From positions 4,992,001 through 5,056,000 of the forward strand of contig OZ001293.3 in the NCBI GenBank assembly GCA_963921275.4: a stretch of DNA of 64,000 nucleotides. Reading direction: 5' to 3'. Source of the DNA: an uncultured Hormoscilla sp. (GTDB lineage: Bacteria; Cyanobacteriota; Cyanobacteriia; Cyanobacteriales; Desertifilaceae). Both the position numbers and the translations under genes were made by a program. The notes beneath the pieces are model-generated. The model made no database searches and had not been told where the DNA came from. It saw nothing but the letters and a program-made list of their open reading frames with translations. Of the stretch, positions 25,211-39,260 are shown piece after piece. Positions within the stretch are counted from its first letter, which is position 1, and every line of letters starts with the position of its first letter.

Positions 25211-26128
25211 AAGTCCTAGCTTTTGCAGCACTGGTTTTGTGGAAACAACATGCTTGTCTAACCCCAGCTGTTTGGGACTAATTCCCAGGGCCAGAACCAC
25301 CAGTTGCGGGAGGTGCAGCACTGGTAGGCCCAACTTACGTGCAATTACCCCTTCCACTTCCGGTTGACGGGAGTCTAAATTCAAATGGCACAGGGGACAA
25401 GGAGTTACTATGCAATCAGCACCAGCGGCGATCGCCTCTTGAATATGCATCCCCGCCATCTGAAAAGACTGGGTGGTAGCATAGCTAGAAATTGGCCAGC
25501 CACAGCATTGAGTCCTTCCCCGATAATAAATTGGCTCTGCCCCAACTGCCCGGAAGACATTCTCCATTGACTCTGGTTGGTTTGGGTCATCATAGGGCAT
25601 ATGGGTTTGGGCCCGCAGTAGATAACAGCCATAAAATGCCGCGCATTTGAGACCTGTCAGCTGGCGAGTTACTTTTGCTTGTATAGCCTCTAGACCATAA
25701 TCTGCCACCAAGGCCCACAGTATATGTTTAACCTCCGTACTGCCTCGATAGGGGGAACAGCCCTCTTTTGTAAGTAAGCCGTTAATCTGTTCTACATAGG
25801 TGGGGTCTGTCTGTTGGCATTCCTTGAGGCGCTCGTCTACGTGACCGATAACCCCCTGACAAGTACTGCAATGAGTCAGCAAGGGTAGATTGAGTTCCTC
25901 TGCTAGGGCAATATTACGGGCATTGACAGCATCTTCCAGCAGTTGGGAATCCTCCTTAAAGGTGCCCGAACCACAACAGGCCGCCCGTTTCAGCTCAATC
26001 AGTTCAATCCCCAAAGCTTGGGTGAGGGCCCCAGTAGACATGTATAGTTCCCGGCAAGCTCCTTGAGCAACGCAACCGGGAAAATAAGCATATTTTCGGG
26101 TCACTACCGTGCCGGAAAAATCGGACAT
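25208..26128 (-). CDS. hdrB: Heterodisulfide reductase subunit B-like CCG-domain protein
   Basis: YAYFPGC, ACCGSG, HCSTC, FYGCYL, QCCGW, TPCPLC. Confidence 0.9.
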   Translation of the reverse strand: MSDFSGTVVTRKYAYFPGCVAQGACRELYMSTGALTQALGIELIELKRAACCGSGTFKEDSQLLEDAVNARNIALAEELNLPLLTHCSTCQGVIGHVDERLKECQQTDPTYVEQINGLLTKEGCSPYRGSTEVKHILWALVADYGLEAIQAKVTRQLTGLKCAAFYGCYLLRAQTHMPYDDPNQPESMENVFRAVGAEPIYYRGRTQCCGWPISSYATTQSFQMAGMHIQEAIAAGADCIVTPCPLCHLNLDSRQPEVEGVIARKLGLPVLHLPQLVVLALGISPKQLGLDKHVVSTKPVLQKLGL

Positions 26129-26357
26129 GATATTATCTCCTAGTTGTGAGTGGTTACTGGTCGCTGGTCGCTGATCATCGATCCCATGCCTACCGTACCA
26201 TCACAGCCATTACAGGGACAAATTTGAGGATCAGGATCCCTTTCCGATAAGATTGCGCTGCGCGCACGCTACGCGATCGAAAAATGCTTTAGAATTGTAC
26301 GGCCCGTAGTCGGTAACCCGTCGCGGACTAGGTTGATATATTACCCCCGAAGAGGTT

Positions 26358-26609
26358 ATGAGCCAAGAAACAACTTTAGAGAGAGTCCAAAAAATTGTAG
26401 TGGATCAACTGAGTGTGGATGCTAGCGAAGTCAAACCAGAAGCCAGTTTTACTGAGGATCTGGGGGCAGACTCCCTGGATACGGTGGAACTGGTGATGGC
26501 CCTAGAAGAAGAGTTTGGGATTGAAATCCCTGACGAAGTCGCCGAAAAAATAGACACGGTTGGCAAGGCTGTCGAGCATATTAATGAAAAAGTGCAAGCT
26601 CCAGCCTGA
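26358..26609 (+). CDS. acpP: Acyl carrier protein
   Basis: [20 protein letters not shown]. Confidence 0.98.
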   Translation: MSQETTLERVQKIVVDQLSVDASEVKPEASFTEDLGADSLDTVELVMALEEEFGIEIPDEVAEKIDTVGKAVEHINEKVQAPA

Positions 26610-26710
26610 TCGCGCAGCAGCGACCGCGCCATCGGTAGATCGCTGCTAGTCCTGATTCCGATTTTTCCGGAACGGTAGAGGGATAACGAATAATTGATGA
26701 TTTTTGACAA

Positions 26711-27961
26711 ATGACTTCACGAAAACAAGTTGTAGTCACCGGTCTCGGCGCGATTACGCCAATAGGCAATACTCTCGCCGAGTATTGGGAAGGATTATTG
26801 AGCGGGCGCAATGGTATTGGCAAGATCACCTTGTTCACGGCAGACGAGCATAAATGTAGAATTGCTGGTGAGGTCAAGGATTACGATCCCCTCGACTACA
26901 TGACTGAGAAAGAAGCAAAGCGCATGAGTCGCTTTGCCCAGTTTGCAGTTTCAGCCAGCAAGCAAGCCATATCTGATGCGGAGTTCGTGATTAATGACTT
27001 GAACGCCGAACAGGTGGGTGTCATTATTGGCTCGGGGGTGGGTGGTCTGAAGGTTCTCGAAGAGCAGCAAGAGATTTACCTGAACAAGGGCCCTTCTCGC
27101 TGTAGCCCCTTCATGATTCCGATGATGATTGCAAATATGGCTGCAGGTTGGACGGCCATTACGACGGGGGCGAAAGGACCTAATACTTGCCCGGTAACGG
27201 CCTGTGCCGCTGGCTCTCATGCGGTGGGAGATGCCTTTCGCTTGATTCAAGCAGGTTTGGCTCAGGCGATGATTTGTGGGGGGACGGAAGCTGCTGTTAC
27301 GCCTTTGTCGGTGGCGGGTTTCGCCAGCGCTAAGGCCCTATCCATTCGCAATGATGACCCCGGCCATGCCAGTCGTCCTTTCGATCGCGATCGGGATGGC
27401 TTTGTCCTGGGTGAGGGGACCGGCATCCTGTTGCTGGAAGCGCTAGAACATGCCCGTCAGCGCAATGCCAAGATCTATGCGGAAATTGTCGGCTATGGCA
27501 TGACTTGCGATGCCTATCACATGACGGCCCCAGTCCCTGGTGGCCAGGGAGCTGCTCGGGCCATAGCGCTAGCGTTGAAGGATGCTAGTTTAACTCCGGA
27601 CATGGTAAGTTATATCAATGCTCACGGGACTAGTACCCCAGCAAATGACAGCACGGAAACGGCTGCGATTAAAAGTGTTTTGGGTGAAAGTGCCTACCAG
27701 GTGGCGATTAGCTCTACTAAGTCCATGACTGGTCATCTATTAGGGGGCTCCGGCGGCATAGAAGCTGTGGCTACGGTGATGGCGATCACCCATGATAAAG
27801 TACCGCCGACGATTAATTTAGAGAACCCAGATCCAGAGTGCGATTTGGATTATGTCCCCAAGGAGTACCGGGAAATGCCAGTAGAAGTGGCTCTGTCCAA
27901 TTCCTTCGGATTTGGGGGTCACAACGTTACCCTAGCATTCAAAAAGTACCGCGAACTCTGA
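26711..27961 (+). CDS. fabF: Beta-ketoacyl-ACP synthase II
   Basis: TACAAG, INAHGTST, KSMTGHLLG, NSFGFGGHN. Confidence 0.98.
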   Translation: MTSRKQVVVTGLGAITPIGNTLAEYWEGLLSGRNGIGKITLFTADEHKCRIAGEVKDYDPLDYMTEKEAKRMSRFAQFAVSASKQAISDAEFVINDLNAEQVGVIIGSGVGGLKVLEEQQEIYLNKGPSRCSPFMIPMMIANMAAGWTAITTGAKGPNTCPVTACAAGSHAVGDAFRLIQAGLAQAMICGGTEAAVTPLSVAGFASAKALSIRNDDPGHASRPFDRDRDGFVLGEGTGILLLEALEHARQRNAKIYAEIVGYGMTCDAYHMTAPVPGGQGAARAIALALKDASLTPDMVSYINAHGTSTPANDSTETAAIKSVLGESAYQVAISSTKSMTGHLLGGSGGIEAVATVMAITHDKVPPTINLENPDPECDLDYVPKEYREMPVEVALSNSFGFGGHNVTLAFKKYREL

Positions 27962-28196
27962 TGGCGCTGCGCTGGGGGCGCAGCCATGTATGCAAGGGTA
28001 TATATGAAGAGTTGAGATTGGGAAAATAGATAGCAGATAAAAAGCAATTTGTCAAGCTTTGTAATTCCCAATCTCAAAAAAAATGCTTTGCCCCATGCAG
28101 CACCTAATGGGAAGATGGAGAGGGTAGCGAGGGTAGGGTCGCTCCCAAATAGAAGTTCACCCCAGACGCTAAATCATTGTCAAGAAGAGAGAAATT

Positions 28197-30206
28197 ATGG
28201 CCGTAGCAACCCAATCACTCGAAGAAATCTGTATTAACTCCATCCGCTTTCTGGCGATCGATGCTGTAGAGAAAGCAAATTCCGGTCACCCAGGGCTGCC
28301 AATGGGGGCGGCACCGATGGCATACGTGCTATGGGACCGGTTTATGCGGTATAATCCCAAAAATCCCAAGTGGTTTAACCGCGATCGCTTCGTGCTGTCA
28401 GCGGGTCACGGCTGTATGTTACAGTACGCCATGCTCTACCTGACAGGTTACGATAGCGTCACGATTGACGATATCAAGCAGTTCCGTCAGTGGGAGTCGA
28501 AAACCCCCGGTCATCCCGAAAATTTCATGACTGAAGGGGTAGAGTTGACCACTGGACCCCTGGGACAAGGAATTGCTAATGGGGTCGGGTTGGCTCTGGC
28601 TGAAGCTCACCTGGGGGCCAAGTTTAATAAGCCTGATGCTAAGATTGTAGACCATTACACCTATGTGATCCTGGGTGATGGTTGCAATATGGAAGGTGTT
28701 TCGGGTGAAGCTTGTTCTTTGGCAGGACACTGGGGACTGGGCAAGCTGATTGCTCTGTATGATGACAATCATATCTCGATCGATGGTCATACGGATATAG
28801 CATTTACTGAAGATGTAGGTAAGCGCTTTGAAGCCTACGGGTGGCACGTGATCGTTGTAGATAATCCTAATCTGGATGAAGACACGAACTTACAAGCGTT
28901 GACCGATGCGATCGAAGCAGCAAAGAAGGTGACGGATAAGCCTTCGATGATTAAGGTCCGCACGATCATTGGTTACGGTTCCCCCAATAAAAAAGATACC
29001 CACGGCGTTCACGGTGCGGCTTTGGGCGCTAGCGAAGAGGAAGCGACTCGCAAAAATATGGGTTGGGGATACGAACCTTTTGTGGTTCCCGATGACGCCC
29101 TGAAGTATTTCCGCACGGCTGTAGAACGCGGTGCTTCTTACGAAGCAGAGTGGAATCAAACCTTTGCTACTTACAAAACTAAGTATCCTGAAGAAGCGAA
29201 GGAATTTGAACGCATCACCAGCGGGACATTGCCCGCAGGATGGGAGAAAGTGCTGCCCACCTATAGCCCGGATAAGGGAACTGCAACTCGCAAGCATTCT
29301 CAAGCAACTCTGAATGCGCTAGCTCCAGTTCTGCCCGAACTAATTGGCGGTTCGGCTGATTTGGCTCCCTCAAATTTGACTTTGTTGAAGGTATCGGGAG
29401 ATTTCCAAAAGGGACAATACGAGAACCGCAATCTGCGCTTTGGGGTGCGGGAACATGGTATGGGCGCGATCTGTAATGGTATTGCTTTACATGGTTCGGG
29501 CTTGATTCCCTATGGTGCGACTTTCCTGATCTTTACTGATTATATGCGGGCAGCCATTCGTCTATCAGCTCTTTCCCAAGCTGGGACGATCTGGGTGATG
29601 ACTCATGATTCGATCGCCCTGGGGGAAGATGGCCCAACTCACCAACCCGTGGAAACTATCGCCTCTCTGCGGGCTATTCCGAATCTGTTGGTGATCCGCC
29701 CTGCGGATGGAAATGAAACTTCTGGGGGCTATAAGGTGGCGATCGAAAACCGGAACCGCCCCACTCTGCTGGCCTTCACCCGTCAAAATGTACCGAACTT
29801 GGCCGGAACCTCGATTGAAGGTGTCGCGAAGGGGGGTTATATTGTTTCGGACAGCGATGGCACTCCTGACTTGATTCTGATCGCTACGGGTAGCGAACTC
29901 CACCTCTGTACGGAAGCGGCTGAGAAATTGCGTGCAGAAGGCAAGAAAGTCCGCGTGGTTTCCCTGGTTTGCTGGGAACTGTTTGCAGAGCAAGATGCTG
30001 CTTATCAGGAGTCCGTGTTGCCTACAGATGTCACCAAGCGCTTGGCCGTAGAAGCTGGTTCTACCTTTGGTTGGAGTAAATACGTTGGCACTGAAGGTGC
30101 TACTATCGGTATCGATCGGTTTGGCGTTTCCGCTCCTGGCGGCTTGGTGATGGAGAAGTTTGGCTTCACGGTTGATAATGTGGTGGCCAAGGCTAAGGCA
30201 CTCTAA
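28197..30206 (+). CDS. tkt: Transketolase
   Basis: [33 protein letters not shown]. Confidence 0.98.
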   Translation: MAVATQSLEEICINSIRFLAIDAVEKANSGHPGLPMGAAPMAYVLWDRFMRYNPKNPKWFNRDRFVLSAGHGCMLQYAMLYLTGYDSVTIDDIKQFRQWESKTPGHPENFMTEGVELTTGPLGQGIANGVGLALAEAHLGAKFNKPDAKIVDHYTYVILGDGCNMEGVSGEACSLAGHWGLGKLIALYDDNHISIDGHTDIAFTEDVGKRFEAYGWHVIVVDNPNLDEDTNLQALTDAIEAAKKVTDKPSMIKVRTIIGYGSPNKKDTHGVHGAALGASEEEATRKNMGWGYEPFVVPDDALKYFRTAVERGASYEAEWNQTFATYKTKYPEEAKEFERITSGTLPAGWEKVLPTYSPDKGTATRKHSQATLNALAPVLPELIGGSADLAPSNLTLLKVSGDFQKGQYENRNLRFGVREHGMGAICNGIALHGSGLIPYGATFLIFTDYMRAAIRLSALSQAGTIWVMTHDSIALGEDGPTHQPVETIASLRAIPNLLVIRPADGNETSGGYKVAIENRNRPTLLAFTRQNVPNLAGTSIEGVAKGGYIVSDSDGTPDLILIATGSELHLCTEAAEKLRAEGKKVRVVSLVCWELFAEQDAAYQESVLPTDVTKRLAVEAGSTFGWSKYVGTEGATIGIDRFGVSAPGGLVMEKFGFTVDNVVAKAKAL

Positions 30207-30401
30207 CTATTACCTGGGCTGCACTCACCCTCAAGGATGGGGCCACCAGAACTTAGCCCTTGATGTCTCGGGAGTAGTGCGAATAGCGCTCTCCCGAGAC
30301 ATCGAAGCAGGCGGGCTTGACACAGGACATTTAAATTAGCTATAATAAAGAGGCTTTCTATTGCTAGAGAGTCTCTTTGTTTGTCAAGTAGGGAGGAGGT
30401 T

Positions 30402-30695
30402 ATGACTCAAGTAGATCGGGAGTATAAGATAGTTTTTTCGCGCATACCAGAGATTGTTGCTGATTTGCTTAGGGGCGATCGCATGTTTGAAAGGCTAGAA
30501 AAAGATGAAATGATTGAGTGCATTTCTGTGACCCTGAAAAAGTATTTGTCTCCTGAAGAAATCCTCGCTATTGATGAAGTAGAACTCACGCGCCGAATTG
30601 ACAAATTGTTGGCGATCGAGGTAATGTATAGGCTGTTAGATGATTTAGAACCAGAACAAATTGAAATGTTTGATGCGGCAGTGTCAGGGAGATGA
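30402..30695 (+). CDS. Putative antitoxin upstream of a PIN toxin
   Basis: SD GGAGG; acidic small protein ending EMFDAAVSGR directly upstream of a VapC; paralogs at 39682 and 41652. Confidence 0.7.
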   Translation: MTQVDREYKIVFSRIPEIVADLLRGDRMFERLEKDEMIECISVTLKKYLSPEEILAIDEVELTRRIDKLLAIEVMYRLLDDLEPEQIEMFDAAVSGR

Positions 30696-30698
30696 ATC

Positions 30699-31112
30699 TT
30701 GATGAGTTATCTGTTAGATACAAATATAATCACAGCCATTGTTAAGAAGAATGAAATAATCACGGAAAAGTTACGGGAGGTAGAATCTCGCGGACAGGAA
30801 TTATTTATCAGTGGTATTAAATATTATGAGGTAAAAAGAGGACTACTGGCAGTAAATGCTACAAGGCAGCTATCTCAATTTAATCGACTATGCAGAAAGT
30901 ATAGAGTTTTATCTGTTTTGGATGAGAGAGAAATTCTCGATCGGGCATCAGAGATATACGCTGATTTAAAACAAAGGGGTAGAACGATCCAAGATACCGA
31001 TATATTAATAGCGGCGACGGCAATTACACAAGGCTTAACTTTGGTATCGGCAGATTCTGATATGCAGAGAATTCAGGGAATTACGGTAGAGAATTGGCTT
31101 GTTGATGGATAA
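30699..31112 (+). CDS. vapC: VapC/PIN-domain toxin
   Basis: YLLDTNII, YYEVKRGL, DILIAATA, LVSADSD. Confidence 0.9.
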   Translation: MMSYLLDTNIITAIVKKNEIITEKLREVESRGQELFISGIKYYEVKRGLLAVNATRQLSQFNRLCRKYRVLSVLDEREILDRASEIYADLKQRGRTIQDTDILIAATAITQGLTLVSADSDMQRIQGITVENWLVDG

Positions 31113-31181
31113 AATAAAATGGGCGATCGCGATCTACCTGTGTTATACTAGAACTAAACCCCTCATTTTTACGTACAGCTC

Positions 31182-31760
31182 ATGGTATATTTACAATCGC
31201 CTCTGAAATTAGAACTGCAACTCACGGAGGAGCAATTTTTTGAGCTTTGTCACAAGCATCGGAACTTGAAATTCGAGCGGACTGCAACTGGAGATTTAAT
31301 CATTATGTCACCAACGGGAGGAATAACTAGCGACCGCAACTCGGATATTAATTTTCAACTCAGGGCCTGGAATCGCGATCGAAAACTGGGAAAAGTTTTT
31401 GACTCATCCGGCGGATTTAAGTTACCCAATGGGGCCGAACGCTCTCCCGATGCCTCTTGGGTTAAACTGCAACGATGGAAGGCTTTAACATTAGAAGAGC
31501 AAAAAAGATTAGTGCCGTTATGCCCAGATTTTGTGGTGGAATTGCGCTCTCCTTCTGATGCCTTAAGCAAGGTTCAGGAAAAGATGCGTGAATACAGAGA
31601 AAATGGGGCAGAATTGGGATGGTTGATTGACCCGCAACGGCAAGTGGTTGAGGTTTATCGGCCCTCGCGGGAGGTGGAACTGTTGCAGTCGCCCAAGACT
31701 GTATCGGGAGAAACGGTACTACCGGGCTTTGTTTTGGACTTGGCGGAAATTTTCTCTTAA
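31182..31760 (+). CDS. Uma2/DUF820-family endonuclease-like protein
   Basis: FDSSGGFKLPNGAERSPDASW, CPDFVVELRSPSD, LGWLIDP. Confidence 0.92.
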   Translation: MVYLQSPLKLELQLTEEQFFELCHKHRNLKFERTATGDLIIMSPTGGITSDRNSDINFQLRAWNRDRKLGKVFDSSGGFKLPNGAERSPDASWVKLQRWKALTLEEQKRLVPLCPDFVVELRSPSDALSKVQEKMREYRENGAELGWLIDPQRQVVEVYRPSREVELLQSPKTVSGETVLPGFVLDLAEIFS

Positions 31761-32451
31761 GGTAACATCATATAGTAATCCCAAATGATATATGAAGGCT
31801 TCCAAACCCGGTAAGGGAGGAGAAACCGGGTTGATGGCAGGGTATATAGTTGACAAAGAAAATCCCGACGATAATGGTGGGCCGGAAGATTGCTTACGGT
31901 TGTACTATCGCACTGTGGACCTGACTCCAAGGACCCCGATCGCCCCGCCTGTTTTTCCAGCGTAGCATGTAATGGGCAACTTCACCGCCAGCGGAATTCT
32001 CATGCTTGACAACATAAGGACTGGCGCTAGGAACATCCAAAAGCAGGTATTCTTTGGGGTTTTTGGACTTAGGGTTACCCCCCAGCCAAAGAGCAAATTT
32101 CGCAACCGGTTACCCCAGAGGGTTTGCCACGACGGTTGGGGGTTGCTTCGTCCATAAAGTGAATGGTGTGTTGCAGTCGCTGACCCATTTTTATCCTTGC
32201 CATCGGTCGAGTTGTCGGTGGGTCAACCCGGGTGCGACCTACCGTTCCGGAAAAATCGGTCGGTACATTCATCAAGGGATGGTAGGGGGCGTGAGTCAGC
32301 AGGATCGAGGGTGATAGCGGGACTTTGAGATTTTCTCAGGCAAAAAACGGCTTCTTAGCTTACGGGGTGTGGATTTTACGTCGAAGGGGTGAATCGGCAG
32401 CAAACCCGCTCGCCTGGGTCGAGCTCGACCAGCTCGACCCCACTGTGGCTC

Positions 32452-32713
32452 CAATACTTCAAGGGCATTTTATTTGTCATTGCGAGGGGGGGGTACCGTG
32501 GCGATTAACTTATGCTCAAGCGAGTTAACCCCCCCCGAAGCAATCCCCCTCGCCCTGTATGAGATGAAGATCATGCGCGGCGTCGTCGGTGAGATTGCTA
32601 GCCCTCCTGGCGTCGGGCCGCTGCGAAGGCCGGGGGGATCATCGCTTGGAGCCCTAAAATGTCAGTTTTAATTTCCCCCTGGCTCCGGACAGATTGTTAA
32701 CCGAGAAGTATTG
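32452..32713. mobile_element. MITE, same family as 10401-10646, with 10-bp target duplication
   Basis: Ends caatacttc / gaagtattg; actgtggctc at 32442-32451 and 32714-32723. Confidence 0.85.
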
Positions 32714-33165
32714 ACTGTGGCTCTGTGAAAGGGTTTGATGCCATTTTACGCCTATTTTTTCTCAAAGTCCCAATAGACTGATCCATGAGGTGATACGACT
32801 CTTCCGTTCCTCTTCACGACTCATCCGTGAGCGATACGACTCATCCGTGAGCGAGTACAACTCTTCCGTTTCTATGAGCATTCTGGGTGGAGCAGTCGGA
32901 GATATTACTGGTGTTCCGGACTGTAGATGGCTTCTCGCTCTGACCCTATATGGATATGACTCCGGTAGATGTAGACGTGGTGCCGCGGTGATATCAGGCT
33001 GGGCAATTTTTGCCAACTAAGTTTTAACCGTTTTCTTGCTTCACTTTCCACTCTTTCAATTGGAAAGCGAAGATTTCGGACATCGTCATCCCATAATACT
33101 TCCGGAGCCAGATATTCTAACACCCCCAAGGAGTCTAGCAATTCGATGCGCTTGGTTAATTTGAC

Positions 33166-33920
33166 CTAGCTCTTGGGATCGCGCCCGTAGATATGTTGCT
33201 TCATCCGGTCTTCGATCAGTGACATTGTACCAGTCTGTTGGGATAACTGAAAATAATCACTGTCAATCAGTTCCGCACTGCGATCGCGCAATTCCTGAAG
33301 CAAAGTATCTACTTCGGTATCTGACCTCCCCTGCCATGCTAATATTGCTTTCAGTTTGGCGACTGTTCTCAGATATGCCTCTGTATTGCGATAGGGTTCA
33401 ATCCCCTTAATGAAATCATAGCTTAAACCTGCCTCGTTAAACAAGAACAAAAAGCTGATTTTCCGATTAAAGAAGTCTAACTGACTCTGCCATCCTTGGA
33501 CTGCTAAATACTCCCGACTCCCAAAAATCTGTACAGCAAGTTTAGCCTCTTCTGTGCCAACCTGCTGAGCGAACTTTTACCTGATTGTTGCTAAACTTGC
33601 TGTCTGTCACTTCAAATGGAGGATCCTCGAACAATATCTCGATGCTTTTTTGGTGCAACTCCTGTAGTAATACTTCCACTTCTGGCAGTTGTAAGCCACC
33701 TTTTTTTAACTCCTGTTCTAGGGTCTCTACTGTTTTCACATAGTCCTTTTGGCGAGTCTGACGCGATCGAGTCCAGTAGCTCTGGGCCTGCAGATAAACT
33801 GGACGGGCTTTCACATAAGTGATGTCAAACACCACTAAGCCCACATTGTTCTACTTCATACACCAGGTATTCTGCAAAGCTAATGCTCTTGGGCAAATTC
33901 TCAACGGTCGAATGTACCAT
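33166..33920 (-). pseudogene. Fragmented hypothetical gene(s) with an internally repeated domain, fused to a Uma2 5' stub
   Basis: Two similar segments (YLRTVAKLKAIL...LLQELR and YVKTVETLEQEL...LLQELH); 33920-33850 resembles the Uma2 starts at 34887 and 35874. Confidence 0.45.
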
Positions 33921-34095
33921 ATCTTTTTTCCCTCTTTTCTTCGATCTGATTATAACATATTAATTCAGGTGGCAGAGCTTCTATATTCTCGCGGGCGAAT
34001 TTCTGTCCCAGGCAGAACCTGGAAACGAGGCTTTGCGCTCTTACCAGTGCCCGATCGCCAGGGAAGCGATCGCCTGTCCAAGGGGACGCAAGACA

Positions 34096-34887
34096 TCAGT
34101 TAATTGTATCAGGATTTATCCCCAGGGCCCGTAACCGTTGAGCTAATTGTTCGGCACGTTGACGTTCGGCATTCCTTTGCTGTTCAATTTGTTGTCGCAG
34201 TTCTTGTTCGGCCTCAGCACGTTCACTTTCCCCCTCAGCACGTTGATTTGCTGCCTCAGCACGTTGACGTTCCTCCTCAGCACGTTGATGTTCCTCATCA
34301 GCACGCTGTTCCAGTTGTTGTCGCAGTTCTTGTTCTTCTTGGAACAACTCTTCTACAACGGGTGGAGATAGTACTTGATTTACAGGTAAAGTAAATCCTG
34401 GAAACTGTACAGATTGGACATCATCTCCTGGTAAAAAATCCCTCACGGAATAAATTTCTTCACCTGAAAATTTACTACACAGCCTGATCCTAGACTGGTT
34501 CGGGTCTACTATCCAATACTCAGGAATATTAATCCTATCGTATTCTGCCCTTTTGTTGAAGTAGTCCTGACGCCAATTTTGACTGGTCACTTCTACCACT
34601 TTCCAGAGACTGTGAGTACAAACCACTACATCTGGAATTCTCGATGTCTTCTCTTCTGTTCTTACTCCCGTAAAGGCTTTTGCTATTAATCTCATTTTTT
34701 GAGAGCTAAAGTAGCGACGAAACTGATCGCTTAAAAATTCACAAATATTGGTGTGTAAACCTGTTGTTGCCATTTCGATCAACTGACCGCGATAAAGTTC
34801 GTATCTTACACCATGTTCTACTTCATAAACCAGGTATTCTGCAAAGCTAAGGGTCTTGGGCGAACTTTCAACGGTCGAATCTACCAT
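34096..34887 (-). pseudogene. Uma2-family protein with coiled-coil tail, internal deletion
   Basis: RIPDVVV, VEVTS, IPEYWIVDP; segment present in the paralog (CARKGAAVLDFDEKPLL) is missing; ERQRAE repeats. Confidence 0.75.
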
Positions 34888-35065
34888 ATCTTTTTCCATC
34901 TTTTCTGCGATCTGATTATAACATATTAATTCAGGTGGCAGAGCTTCAATATTCTCGCGATCGGGCAAATTTTATTTCCAGATTCTGCCTGGAAACGAGG
35001 CGTTGCGCTAGAGACAGATCCTGATCGCGAGGCAAGCGATCGCCGGTCCCAGGGGAGGCAAGACA

Positions 35066-35874
35066 TCAGTTAATTGTATCAGGATCTATCCCCAGGGCCT
35101 GTAACCATTGCGCTAATTGTTCTGCACGTTGACGTTCGGCATCAGCACGTTGACGTTCGGCATTCATTTGCTGTTCGAGTTGTTGTCGCAGTGCTTGTTC
35201 GGCATCAGCACGTTGACGTTCGGCATCAGCACGTTGTTCGAGTTGTTGTCGCAGTTCTTGTTCCTCTCGGATCAACTCTTCTACAACCGGTGGAGATAGC
35301 ACTTGATTTACAGGTAAAGTCAATCCCGAAAACTGTACAGATTGAACATTATCTCCTGGTAAAAAATCCCTCACTGAGTAATTTTCTTCACCTAAAAATT
35401 TACTACACAGCCGAATCCTAGACTGTTCTGGGTCTACGATCCAATACTCGGGAATATCAATTTGATCGTATTCTGCCCGTTTGCTGGTGTAGTCCTGACG
35501 CCAATTTTGACTGGTTACTTCTACCACCAAGAGCGGTTTTTCATCAAAGTCTAGCACTGCTGCGCCTTTTCGAGCACAAACTTTTTTCCAGAGACTCTGA
35601 GTACAAACAACTACATCGGGAATTCTCGATGTATTCTCTTCTGTTCTTACTCCAGTAAAGTATTTTGCTACTAAGTTCAGGTTTTGAGACCCAAAGTAGC
35701 GACGAAACTGCTCCGTTAAAAATTCACAAATATTGGTGTGTAAACCTGTCGTTGTGGCATTTCGATCAACTGACCGCGATAAAGTTCGTACCGAACACCC
35801 GGTTCTCCTTCATAAACCAAGTATTCTGCAAAGCTAAGGGTCTTGGAAGAAATCTCAACTGGAGACTGTACCAT
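35066..35874 (-). pseudogene. Uma2-family paralog, frameshifted
   Basis: Tandem paralog of 34096-34887; frame breaks after IEMP. Confidence 0.75.
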
Positions 35875-35949
35875 ATCTTTTTCCCTCTTTTCTCTAATTT
35901 GATTATAACATAGTAATTCATGTGTTAGAGCCCTGGGAGGGGCGACATT

Positions 35950-36105
35950 CTCCTGACTAGGCTTTGCCTCTAGATTCTCGTGACTAGGCTCTGCCTGGTC
36001 ACGGATTTTGGGAGGCAGAGCCTCCAGGCTTAACTAGAGGCTCTGCCTGGTGTAATTTCATTCCCAGGCAGAGCCTGGGAACGAGGAAAGAGCCTGGGAA
36101 CGAGG
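35950..36105. repeat. Cluster of AGGCAGAGCCT / CTCGTTCCCAGGC REP-like palindromes
   Basis: Repeated aggctctgcct / aggcagagcct and gggaacgag arms; related copies at about 38100-38150, 40010-40100 and 41205-41250. Confidence 0.7.
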
Positions 36106-36144
36106 GAAATCACGCCTGTCCAGTGATACTTGAGCGGGCTACAA

Positions 36145-37782
<1,638 letters not shown>

Positions 37783-37900
37783 TTAGCAGTAAAGCAAAAA
37801 TCTGACGTCCAGCATTTCCTGGCCGATCGCCTGGAAATGCTAACTGCCTAGGATTATCTTACCTGCACGACTCAACGTCCAGCAACGTGATTTCGTAGTT

Positions 37901-38175
37901 CTGACATCTTGCACCATTCTCGATTAGCCTCATGGCCCGCCTTCGGTGTATCGTGGTCGCTCGATGTCTCCGGGAGCGCGCACTACCCGGGGGACATTGT
38001 ACTCGCACTACCCACGATACACCGAGGGTTCAAACCCACGGCTAATAGCTAAAGTCGGTTGAAAACCGACTGAAAGCCTTGTGGATAAAGTGTTTTTTAC
38101 CCTCGTTCCCCGGCGGAGCCAGGGAACGAGCGACCCGAGGCAGAGCCTCTAGTTGAGAATGGTGCAAGATATGAG
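37901..38175. mobile_element. MITE with CT(G/C)A(C/T)ATCTTGCACCATTCTC inverted ends, carrying REP-like cargo
   Basis: ctgacatcttgcaccattctc at 37901 and gagaatggtgcaagatatgag ending 38175; tagtt flanks both sides. Confidence 0.75.
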
Positions 38176-38373
38176 TAGTTCGTAGTTCTCCGTTAGGATA
38201 CTTCTGACTCCATCATGCGGGTTTGAGGCTTTTCGATCGACAAGACCTTAATCTCAGGAGAGAGTAACTGTCGAACTGACGTCCAGCAAGTTGGCTCCCG
38301 GTTGCGTACAGACCAGAAACCGGGTTGGGAGCGGAGATTTTCGCCTTCCCACCGAGCTCGTCAAAGAAACCCG

Positions 38374-38535
38374 GGCGTTGCACAATCACGGGATGATGAG
38401 CATAGTTGCAAAAGTTTTAAACTTAGGCGTTGCACAATCACGGGATGATGAGCATAGTTGCAGAAGTTTTAAACTTAGACTACAAGCTATTTTCAGTTAT
38501 GTGCAAAAAATAGTATCATCCCCAAAATGTGCAAC
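38374..38535. mobile_element. IS1-end-derived MITE with a duplicated left part
   Basis: ggcgttgcac...gggatga at 38374 and 38426, inverted end tcatccccaaaatgtgcaac; homologous to 39328-39441. Confidence 0.65.
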
Positions 38536-38999
38536 AATTATTGGTTTGTATCATCCTCAACACGAGCAAGGCCGGGTTTTTATGGAAGTGTTTTTCAAGT
38601 AAGTTTTTGAGTGAGGGGAACGCTGCGCGAAAAATAGAACTGTGCGGCTGACAACGGTCGCTCCTTTTTTCGCTTTTATCACATGAGTGATATAGTCCCC
38701 AAGATGGCGAAAGTAGTTCTTCCTACCATTAGCTAATCGAGTTCGATATGGGTAAATAATGCTTTAAATTATTACATGAAAAGGGTTTGAGCGAATCGGC
38801 AGCCACGGAAACTTACCAGCAGCAGTGGAAGTCACCTGCTGCATATGCTTGTGGCCCCGAAGACAAACCTGCTTGGTGGAGAATGGGTATGCTTTTCTCA
38901 CATGAATTAAGCAACATTTTCCTGGTTAAACTCACGTGAATGATATTTTGCGGCCACATATATCTAGATTAAAGTCACATTGATTGAGAAAATAGTCAC

Positions 39000-39260
39000 A
39001 TGACTCTATGACAAAGTCACATGAAGTGAGAGCTTTTTCACGTGACTCTATGGCAAAGTTGCGTTACTCTATGGCAAAGTAACGCAACTTAAACGCAGAG
39101 TTGCGCAACTTTATTGCAGAGTCATGCAATTTAAACGCAGAGTTGCGCAACTCTATTGCAGAGTTACGCAACTTAAACGCAGAGTCACGCAACTTAAACG
39201 CAGAATCACGCAACTTAAACGCAGAGTCACGCAACTTAAACGCAGAGTCACGTTACTTAA
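39000..39260. repeat. 21-bp tandem repeat array (heptad SRNLNAE if translated)
   Basis: (gtcacgcaacttaaacgcaga)n with degenerate flanking units. Confidence 0.85.

Noticed and set aside
31800..32440. Possible decayed transposase or primase remnant
   Set aside because: Could not recognise motifs reliably; needs a translated search
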